Part shown: piece after piece, positions 9,486-17,226 of the stretch
How positions within the stretch are numbered: position 1 is the first letter of the stretch
How the letters are laid out: the number at the start of each line of letters is the position of its first letter
Source of the DNA: Bacilli bacterium
Lineage (GTDB): Bacteria; Bacillota_I; Bacilli_A; RFN20; CAG-826
Length of the DNA: 28,682 nt
Reading direction: 5' to 3'
NCBI GenBank assembly: GCA_041667485.1
Contig: JBAYEZ010000001.1
Span: 1-28,682, forward strand
The notes under the pieces: model-generated
What the model was told of the DNA's origin: nothing
Database searches by the model: none
Seen by the model: only the letters and a program-made list of their open reading frames with translations
Made by a program: the position numbers and the translations under genes

Positions 9486-11054
9486 ATGACCCAAGAAATC
9501 GAACTCAAAAACATCACAAAATGCTTCGGCGGCAATGTAGTGGCAAACCACAACGTCTCTTTGGCGATAAACCAAGGAGAAATTTTGGCTCTTCTGGGTG
9601 AGAATGGCAGCGGAAAAACGACCTTGATGAACATGCTTTCGGGTCTCTATTATCCTGACGAAGGCACGATTCTCGTCGAGGGCAAGGAAGTCAAAATCAC
9701 CTCGCCGAAGAAAGCCTTTGAATTTGGGATTGGCATGGTCCATCAGCATTTCAAACTAATCGATACCTTCACGGCCGGCGAGAACATCATCCTCGGACTC
9801 AATGGGGGTTTCTGGCTCAAAATGAAGGACGTCAATGCTAAAATAGCCGCCCTCTGTTCCCGTTATTCTTTCGAGATCGACCTCAACAAAAAAATCTACG
9901 ACATGAGCGTTTCCGAGAAGCAGAAAGTCGAGATCGTCAAACTGCTTTATCGCGGAACCAAAACTCTGATTTTGGATGAGCCAACAGCCGTGCTGACCCC
10001 CCAAGAGACCGATAATCTTTTTAATGTCCTCCGTCTCATGAAAAAAGACGGTAAGGCGATTGTCATCATCACCCACAAACTCAATGAAGTTCTCTCTCTT
10101 TCCGACCGAGTCGCGATTCTCCGAAATGGCGAACTCATCAAAACTCTTTTGACCAAAGAAACGAATGAAGGCGAACTGGCTGATTCTATGGTGGGCGAAC
10201 ACGTTAAACTCAACATCGCCCGCGCCAAGCCAGTCCAGCCGCAGAAAGTTCTCGAAATCAACCACCTTTCCACCATCGACGCCTACGGGGTGAAGAGTTT
10301 GAAAGATGTTTCCTTCTACGCCAATAGCGGGGAAATCCTCGGCATCGCCGGCGTGAGTGGAAGCGGCCAAAAAGCCTTGCTCGAGGCCATCGCCGGACTG
10401 CAACGCTGCGAAAAAGGCTCTTCGATCCTCTACCGCTATGACGAAAAGAAAAAGATCCCCGAGCCCGCTAAGCGAGGCAAAAAGACCGCTTTACTTCCCG
10501 ATCAATGCGAACTGGTCGGCAAATCGGTAAAGCAAATCAAAAATCTCGGCATATCCCTCGCCTTTGTCCCCGAAGACCGTTTAGGAATGGGCCTCGTCGG
10601 TGAGATGGACATGGTTGATAACATGATGTTAAGAAGCTACGAAAATGGCAATTCGCCATTCCTTCGTTATCAGGAGCCGAGCGCCTTAGCCGAAGAAATT
10701 AAAACGAAACTCGCCGTCAACACGCCTTCGGTAAAAACGCCGGTCCGCAAACTCTCTGGCGGCAACGTCCAAAAAGTTCTCGTTGGCCGCGAAATTGCCT
10801 CATCGCCGCGAGTTTTGATGACCGCCTACGCCGTCCGCGGGCTTGACATCAACACTTCTTACTCTATTTACAACATCCTCAATGATCAAAAAAAAGCCGG
10901 ATTATGCGTCATTTATGTCGGCGAGGATTTGGATGTTCTTTTGGAACTGGCCGATCGAATCGTCGTTCTCTGCGATGGCAAAGTCACGGGCATCCTCGAT
11001 GCTCGCAAGACCAGCAAAGCTGAAGTCGGTGCTTTGATGAGCAAGCAAAAATAA
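9486..11054 (+). CDS. ABC transporter ATP-binding protein, tandem domains (CUT2/nucleoside type)
   Basis: GENGSGKT, GMVHQHF, LILDEPTAVL, FVPEDR, LSGGNVQK. Confidence 0.93.
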   Translation: MTQEIELKNITKCFGGNVVANHNVSLAINQGEILALLGENGSGKTTLMNMLSGLYYPDEGTILVEGKEVKITSPKKAFEFGIGMVHQHFKLIDTFTAGENIILGLNGGFWLKMKDVNAKIAALCSRYSFEIDLNKKIYDMSVSEKQKVEIVKLLYRGTKTLILDEPTAVLTPQETDNLFNVLRLMKKDGKAIVIITHKLNEVLSLSDRVAILRNGELIKTLLTKETNEGELADSMVGEHVKLNIARAKPVQPQKVLEINHLSTIDAYGVKSLKDVSFYANSGEILGIAGVSGSGQKALLEAIAGLQRCEKGSSILYRYDEKKKIPEPAKRGKKTALLPDQCELVGKSVKQIKNLGISLAFVPEDRLGMGLVGEMDMVDNMMLRSYENGNSPFLRYQEPSALAEEIKTKLAVNTPSVKTPVRKLSGGNVQKVLVGREIASSPRVLMTAYAVRGLDINTSYSIYNILNDQKKAGLCVIYVGEDLDVLLELADRIVVLCDGKVTGILDARKTSKAEVGALMSKQK

Positions 11055-11066
11055 AGGGGATTTGCG

Positions 11067-12311
11067 ATGGATAAAACGGAAAAAAACAAAAAAGAAGCCT
11101 TAATCCGCATTGCCAAACGCGATGATCTTTCTTTTGGCAAACGCGCCTTGATCCGCACCTTTTGCGTCATCTCTGCCATCCTCACCTGCATCCTTCTTTT
11201 ATGGGTCATCGGCCTCAAGGATCCTTTTCCGGCCATCGGCCTCATTTTCGATGGGACGTTCAAAGGCGTTTTCGATGGCAACTTCAAAAAGTTGATCCCC
11301 GCCCTCCAAGCCATGGTGATGCTCTTAGGGATTTCCGTCGCTTTAGCCCCGGCCTATCAGATGAAGTTCTGGAATGTTGGCGCCCAAGGCCAAGTCTTGA
11401 TGGGAGCCCTCGGAGCCTGCGTCTGCATGATTTATGGCCATAGTCTTCCCAATAGTTTATTGATTTTTCTCTCCTTCTTGGCCGCGGTCAGTTTCGGTGC
11501 AATCTGGGCGATGATTCCGGCCCTCTTCAAAGCCAAATGGAATACGAACGAGACCCTTTTCACCTTGATGATGAACTACATCGCGATCCAACTCGTCAGT
11601 TTCTGCACAATGCTGTGGCGCGGCAAAAACAGTTCGATGTCGCTCATCAATTCCGCAAGCGAAAAAGGATGGTTGCCCCATTGGGGTGGCAACGACATGC
11701 TCTTACCGCTCGCGGTGGTTGTGATTATGGTCATCTTAATGTGGGCTTATCTCAGCAAAACCAAGCACGGCTATGAATTGACCGTCATTGGCGACAGCGT
11801 CAATACGGCGCGCTATACGGGCATCAAAGTCAAATGGGTCATCATCCGGACTTTGCTTCTCTCGGGCGCTTTGTGCGGTTTAATGGGCTTTCTCTATGCC
11901 GCCGGAATCGAGCATAAAATCTCGGTCGACACCTCTGGATCTTATGGTTTTACCGCCATCATCGTCTGCTGGCTTTCCTATTTTAATCCGTTCCTAATGG
12001 GTGTCTTCTCGTTGTTAATCGTCTTCCTCGACAAAGGGGCGATGAACCTCAAAAACGCCGCTTACGCACCTGCCCTCAACGAGTACTCGTGCGAGTTGCT
12101 TGTCTTCGTCATCCTCGTTTCAATCATGCTATCAGAATTCTTCATCCGTTACCGCCTGCTCTTCAGCGATTCGTTTAAAGAAAAGACGGGCATACTCTGG
12201 CATAAAATCACTTCTTTCTGTAAAGACCCATTTAAACCCCATCAGCCTCTAGCCTCTCCAGCTCCATCGAATCAAATGGCCCCCGAGAAAAAGGAGGAGA
12301 AAAATGAATAA
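11067..12311 (+). CDS. ABC transporter permease (nucleoside type)
   Basis: FWNVGAQGQ, NETLFTLMMNY, YGFTAIIV; multi-TM. Confidence 0.9.
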   Translation: MDKTEKNKKEALIRIAKRDDLSFGKRALIRTFCVISAILTCILLLWVIGLKDPFPAIGLIFDGTFKGVFDGNFKKLIPALQAMVMLLGISVALAPAYQMKFWNVGAQGQVLMGALGACVCMIYGHSLPNSLLIFLSFLAAVSFGAIWAMIPALFKAKWNTNETLFTLMMNYIAIQLVSFCTMLWRGKNSSMSLINSASEKGWLPHWGGNDMLLPLAVVVIMVILMWAYLSKTKHGYELTVIGDSVNTARYTGIKVKWVIIRTLLLSGALCGLMGFLYAAGIEHKISVDTSGSYGFTAIIVCWLSYFNPFLMGVFSLLIVFLDKGAMNLKNAAYAPALNEYSCELLVFVILVSIMLSEFFIRYRLLFSDSFKEKTGILWHKITSFCKDPFKPHQPLASPAPSNQMAPEKKEEKNE

Positions 12312-13290
12312 CATCATTGCTTGGATTACTTACTCGGTGGTTTATGCCTCGATCATCATGATGGGCGCATTGGGCGAAACGCTGACTGAGAAGAGCGGCC
12401 ATCTCAACTTAGGGGTTCCTGGTGTTATGTACATCAGCGGCTTCTTAGGCTACTACGCAACCTTCTGCTACGAACAATCCACGGCAAATCCCAATCCGTT
12501 CTTGATTGTTGTCATTTCTCTAGGGGTCGCCGCCATCGTCGGCGGGTTCGCCGGTTTCCTCTATTCGCTTCTCTGTGTCAGTTTCAAATGCAACCAAAAC
12601 GTAGTCGGCCTCTTGCTGACTGCCGTCTGCGTCGGCTTCTCAAAATCGATTTCCTTCGCGGTTGGCATCACCACCACTTCAAAAGCGGATTTCTCAGGCA
12701 CAGTTTTTAATGCGCGAATCCCCGGCCTCTCTGCCATCCCCTACATAGGGCCAGTTCTCTTTGGCTATGGTTTTAGCGTCTACCTCGTCATCCTCTTAGC
12801 GATCCTCGCTGGGATCTTCCTCAAAAGGACCCGCTATGGCCTCAATCTCCGTTCTGTGGGCGAATCCCCTGCGGCTGCCGATGCAGTCGGCATCAACGTC
12901 ACCCGTTATAAATATGTTACCACTGTCGTCGGCTGCGCCATCTGCGGCGTCGGTGGCGTCATGTACGTTCTCGGCTATGGCGGTGGTCAATGGTCGACCA
13001 ATAACGACATCGAAGCGATAGGCTGGCTCTCGGTCGCCCTCGTCATCTTCTCAAGTTGGAAACCCATCCACCTTATCTGGGGCTCAATCATCTTCGGCAT
13101 TCTTTTCTGGGCCTACAATTATTTGCCCCACGTCGTCGCGCTCCCGAGTTTCACCGGGGCGGGCGAACTCCTCAAAATGCTGCCTTATATCGTCACCATC
13201 ATCGTCCTCGTCGTCAATTCGGCAAAGAAGAAAAAGGAGAATCAGCCCCCGGCCTCGTTAGGCATCTCCTACTTCCGGGAGGAGCGATGA
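12304..13290 (+). CDS. ABC transporter permease (nucleoside type)
   Basis: LTEKSGHLNLGVPG, LRSVGESP, GWLSVALVIF, LPYIVTI; overlaps the previous gene by 8 nt. Confidence 0.9.
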   Translation: MNNIIAWITYSVVYASIIMMGALGETLTEKSGHLNLGVPGVMYISGFLGYYATFCYEQSTANPNPFLIVVISLGVAAIVGGFAGFLYSLLCVSFKCNQNVVGLLLTAVCVGFSKSISFAVGITTTSKADFSGTVFNARIPGLSAIPYIGPVLFGYGFSVYLVILLAILAGIFLKRTRYGLNLRSVGESPAAADAVGINVTRYKYVTTVVGCAICGVGGVMYVLGYGGGQWSTNNDIEAIGWLSVALVIFSSWKPIHLIWGSIIFGILFWAYNYLPHVVALPSFTGAGELLKMLPYIVTIIVLVVNSAKKKKENQPPASLGISYFREER

Positions 13291-13367
13291 AAGCGTTTCA
13301 CTGAAAAAATACTGAACCTTCCTGTTGCAATACGTTAAAATAAAAAATTAGAAAAGAGGAGATAGTC

Positions 13368-14027
13368 ATGGATTTATCTCAATATCCGAATGCGGTTTTG
13401 CTAAATCATCCTTTACTCCAGCACAAAATCACGCTTTTGCGCGATAAAAACACTCCGACGAGCGTCTTCCGTCCCTTGGTGAAAGAGATTGCAATGCTCG
13501 AGGGTTACGAAGTCCTCAAAAACCTGCCGACCGAGCCCTTAGAAGTCGAAACCCCGATCGAAAAGACCGTCCAACCCACCGTGAGCGGCAAAAAAATCTG
13601 TTTTGTCCCAATTCTCCGAGCGGGCATGGGGATGGTCGATGGCTTCCTCTCCCTCTTGCCAACCGCCCATTGCGGCCATATCGGCCTTTACCGCAACGAG
13701 GTGACACACCAGCCGGTCGAGTACTATTGCAAACTCCCCGCCGGCCTCGCTGACATGAATATCTATCTCCTTGATCCGATGCTTGCCACCGGCGGAAGCG
13801 GCATCGATGCCGTCAAAATTCTCAAGAATCACGGTGCAAAGAAGGTTACCTTCGTCTGCATCATCGCCGCCCCCGAAGGCGTCGAAGCTTTCTGCAAAGA
13901 GAATCCGGACATCCCGCTCTACTTCGGCGCCCTCGACCGCTGCCTCAACAAAAACGCCTATATTTGCCCGGGTCTCGGGGATGCAGGCGATCGAATCTTC
14001 GGCACCGTCGGCGGAACAGTTAAATAG
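13368..14027 (+). CDS. upp: Uracil phosphoribosyltransferase
   Basis: HPLLQHK, PILRAG, GLYRNE, DPMLATGGS, PGLGDAGDR. Confidence 0.97.
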   Translation: MDLSQYPNAVLLNHPLLQHKITLLRDKNTPTSVFRPLVKEIAMLEGYEVLKNLPTEPLEVETPIEKTVQPTVSGKKICFVPILRAGMGMVDGFLSLLPTAHCGHIGLYRNEVTHQPVEYYCKLPAGLADMNIYLLDPMLATGGSGIDAVKILKNHGAKKVTFVCIIAAPEGVEAFCKENPDIPLYFGALDRCLNKNAYICPGLGDAGDRIFGTVGGTVK

Positions 14028-14586
14028 CCTTCGTCTTCAACAAGTCGTCCAGCGCCTTCACTTCCTCCTCCGTCGGCACATAGACGTAAGGGGTGTTGCG
14101 TTCAAGGCCGTTGTAGTCAAGGCCATAGCCTAATAAAAACTTATTCTCCGTTAAAACTCGTCCCGTGAAATCGACTTGAACGTCGACCTTGCGGGCGATT
14201 TTTTTATCAAAAAGCGCGCAAATCAGAATCCGTTTGGGCTTGCCAAGACTTAAAAGGTGTTCCTTGAGAAAGGTCATCGTGAGACCGGTGTCCACCACAT
14301 CCTCCACCACGATGACACTGCGGCCATCGATTGGAGTCGTGATGTCCCGCTTAAGATGGACGATGCCCGTCGATTGGGTGCCGCTATAGCTTTCGAGCTG
14401 AACATAATCCTCAAGCAAAGGAACGGAAACGTACTTTAAAAGATCGACCATAAAAGGCATCGCGCCTTTCATCACGCAGATAAAAAGAGGCAACTTCTCC
14501 TCGTTCTTCAAAAGCGTGGTTAACTTTTGGCCCAAATCAGCGCAAGTGATCTCAATCGCTTGGTGCGACATTACCATTTCTTTCAT
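14020..14586 (-). CDS. hpt: Hypoxanthine(-guanine) phosphoribosyltransferase
   Basis: VMKGA, SYSGTQSTG, VVEDVVDTGLT, GYGLDY. Start reassigned to ATG 14586 (GGAGG SD). Confidence 0.94.
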   Translation of the reverse strand: MKEMVMSHQAIEITCADLGQKLTTLLKNEEKLPLFICVMKGAMPFMVDLLKYVSVPLLEDYVQLESYSGTQSTGIVHLKRDITTPIDGRSVIVVEDVVDTGLTMTFLKEHLLSLGKPKRILICALFDKKIARKVDVQVDFTGRVLTENKFLLGYGLDYNGLERNTPYVYVPTEEEVKALDDLLKTKAI

Positions 14587-14723
14587 CGATAGCCTCCGAG
14601 ATAACTTTTTATTATAAATGCTTGTAGGGGCAAAGGACACCCCCAGCGGAAAAAGCAAAAAAGAAAGCGCTTAGAATGGAAAAAGAACTCCGACGAAATT
14701 ATACTAACGTAATGGGAAAAAAC

Positions 14724-15659
14724 ATGGAACAAGAAAGCCAAGCGCCCCTCCTTTTTACCCTCGGAGCGAACCCTACTGTTTCCCACGAGGTTTCCACCCT
14801 TCTTAATTTGCCTTTAGCGCCGAATAAAGTCACACACTTTGCTGATGGCGAAACCTTCGCCAAACCGCTGTGTCCGGTCACGAACCGCCACTGCATCATT
14901 ATTCATTCGACCTTCAACCCCGTCAGCGCTCGCTTGATGGACTTGCTGGTCTTTGTCGATGCCTTAAAGAATGCCGACGCCGCCTCAATCACGGCCATCA
15001 TTCCTTATTTTGGTTACGCAAGGCAAGACCGCATCATTGAAGAGGGCGATCCAATCAGCGGCTTACTAGTAGGCAAAATCCTCCAAACGGCCGGCGTCGA
15101 CCGCATCGTCGTGATGGATTTTCACTCGATGAAACTGCTCGACCGATTCCCGGAAGAACATATCAATCTTTCGGCCGCGCCGATTTTCGCCCACCGCTTC
15201 CTTGAAGACCTTGATGAAGCCAAAATTATGGCCAACAATGTTTGTGTCGTTTCGCCAGACCACGGCGGATTGACCCGTGCTCAAAATTTCGCTGCAAATT
15301 TCGAAGGGGCGGGTTTTGCCTACGCCATCAAGAATAGACCGCAGCCGAATAGAGCGGTCATCGAAGGCATCGAAGGCGATTTTAAAGGCAAACTTTGCCT
15401 TATCATCGATGACATCATCGATACGGCCGGTACCCTCTCCGAGGTGGCTAAGTTCCTTTTAGCCAACGGCGCCAAAGAAGTTTGGGTTGCCGCCACCCAC
15501 GGCATTTTCTCGGGCCGGGCTGTCGAACTCATCAAGGAAGCTAATATCAAAAAAGTCTATATTGCCAACACGATTGAATCAAACCAAGAGAGAGCTGAGA
15601 TTCTCTCAATCGCTCCGATTATCGCCGATTATATCCGCGCAAACTACGCCAAACACTAA
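14724..15659 (+). CDS. prs: Ribose-phosphate pyrophosphokinase (PRPP synthetase)
   Basis: FADGE, PYFGYARQDR, VVSPDHGG, IIDDIIDTAGT, ATHGIFSG. Start uncertain (14676, 14712 or 14724); 14724 gives a typical N-terminal length. Confidence 0.92.
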   Translation: MEQESQAPLLFTLGANPTVSHEVSTLLNLPLAPNKVTHFADGETFAKPLCPVTNRHCIIIHSTFNPVSARLMDLLVFVDALKNADAASITAIIPYFGYARQDRIIEEGDPISGLLVGKILQTAGVDRIVVMDFHSMKLLDRFPEEHINLSAAPIFAHRFLEDLDEAKIMANNVCVVSPDHGGLTRAQNFAANFEGAGFAYAIKNRPQPNRAVIEGIEGDFKGKLCLIIDDIIDTAGTLSEVAKFLLANGAKEVWVAATHGIFSGRAVELIKEANIKKVYIANTIESNQERAEILSIAPIIADYIRANYAKH

Positions 15660-17224
15660 TTCTTAATGGGATGAACCTCGTGACAGACGGGGCAGACAAA
15701 CTCGCCCTTCGGCGTCAGTTTTGTGATGTTGCGAAAGAAGAGCGACGCTTCGACTTTCCGGTAGTAACGCCACATCTCATTTTTGCTAAACAGGGCGGGA
15801 TTGACAGATATCTTCTTAAAAGAAGCGATGTCGGTGTAAGTATAGGACTCGCCTGTTTTGGGGCACTTCGTTTCCTGAATCAAGGTGTGGCAACTATCAC
15901 ATTCATAGCCCCCATCTTTCTTCCGCTTATGGAGTTTGCCCGCGCAAAAGGGGCACTCGTCTCGCGCCGTATCGCTCCTGACCATCGCCCGCAAAAGAGC
16001 CTGCTGAATCCGTCGAAAGGAATCGATTGCTTCAACGCTAATGAATAAAGCGGAAGGATCGAGCGTTTCTTCTTCAAAAGGCTCGGTGAGCAAGTCTTCA
16101 TCATGGGGGTACTTAGCGGCCAATTTCTCGAGTTCCGGCGTCCATAGTCCATCGAGGGTCGGAAGGAAAAGGAGCCGATAGATTTTCTCTTTGCTGACCT
16201 CGACCATCATGGCTTTCCCTTCAAGGTTGCTCAAATGGACCTTCCAGGTTTTATAAGCCAGGGAGAGATCAAGGTTCGTCAGGTCCATCACCGCTTTCGG
16301 ATCCGCTTCAAAATTGAATTGGGTGATTGCAAAAACAATGAGGGTCTGGACGAAATTGAAGTAGTTTTTGCAGAGATTTTGCTCATTGACGGGTTTCGCT
16401 TCAACCATCGCCGCATCTTTTTTGGCGAAGAAGGCCTTGGCCAATTTATAGATTTGGTGGTAATCCTTCTGCATAATGAAAATATTCGTTTTCTTTAGGG
16501 TCAGTCGCTTATTTCTTATTTTGTTCTTTTGGTAGATCGGCTTAATCAAGCGGGATTGAATCACATTGGCAGCGCTTTGAAGTTCATCATAGAGCTGGTC
16601 GGCTAGAGCAAAATATTTCTCAAAATCCCTGATATATCCCGTATGGAGTTTGCCGATCGTCAAAAAATAATTCAGATGGTTCGAGCGTTCCAAAAGATTG
16701 AACTGAAGAATCTCTTTGGCGTAGACCACGTCCTTCAAGGCGGTGACATTGGTACGAATGTAATGCATGATTGCGTCGATCAAGTTACAGAAGATGACAT
16801 TCTCATAAATGCTGTAGTCATCCTCGTAGACTCGAGTCAATAATTGGCGGGGCTTCACGCCCTTAGCGGTGATATCGGAGGCATTCTCGGTGTGATTGGC
16901 GAGATGTTGCATCGTCTCCTGATTAATGATCCGGACCGTCGCAACGGGCAAAACGTCGCTGCCGTCGGTCAGATTGATAATCGGCTTAGCGAAGATTCGT
17001 TTGATTGCCGGCAAGGCCAGATTGACTTTCTCCAACATGCTTTTGAGTCCATCAAAATCGAAGTTGGGCTCGACAGCAAATAAGGTTAGATCATGGATGG
17101 TATAATAATCAAACTCAATGAAATTAAACGAAGAATGCTGGTCGAAGAAATGACCTAATGGGGCTAAAACCTCGTCGAGGCGCGTCAGATCTTCGACTTG
17201 CTTCTCGTCCGTTTCCTTCCTCAT
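15656..17224 (-). CDS. DUF2357/McrC-like protein with C-terminal Cys-rich (Zn-ribbon) region
   Basis: PRQLLTRVYEDDYSIYENVIF resembles the DUF2357 YDxYEN motif; DYHQIYKL; C-terminal CPFC, CDSC, CP, CPVCH. Starts 2 nt after the stop of a McrB-like GTPase; start reassigned to 17224 (GAGG SD). Confidence 0.7.
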   Translation of the reverse strand: MRKETDEKQVEDLTRLDEVLAPLGHFFDQHSSFNFIEFDYYTIHDLTLFAVEPNFDFDGLKSMLEKVNLALPAIKRIFAKPIINLTDGSDVLPVATVRIINQETMQHLANHTENASDITAKGVKPRQLLTRVYEDDYSIYENVIFCNLIDAIMHYIRTNVTALKDVVYAKEILQFNLLERSNHLNYFLTIGKLHTGYIRDFEKYFALADQLYDELQSAANVIQSRLIKPIYQKNKIRNKRLTLKKTNIFIMQKDYHQIYKLAKAFFAKKDAAMVEAKPVNEQNLCKNYFNFVQTLIVFAITQFNFEADPKAVMDLTNLDLSLAYKTWKVHLSNLEGKAMMVEVSKEKIYRLLFLPTLDGLWTPELEKLAAKYPHDEDLLTEPFEEETLDPSALFISVEAIDSFRRIQQALLRAMVRSDTARDECPFCAGKLHKRKKDGGYECDSCHTLIQETKCPKTGESYTYTDIASFKKISVNPALFSKNEMWRYYRKVEASLFFRNITKLTPKGEFVCPVCHEVHPIKN

Positions 17225-17226
17225 CC

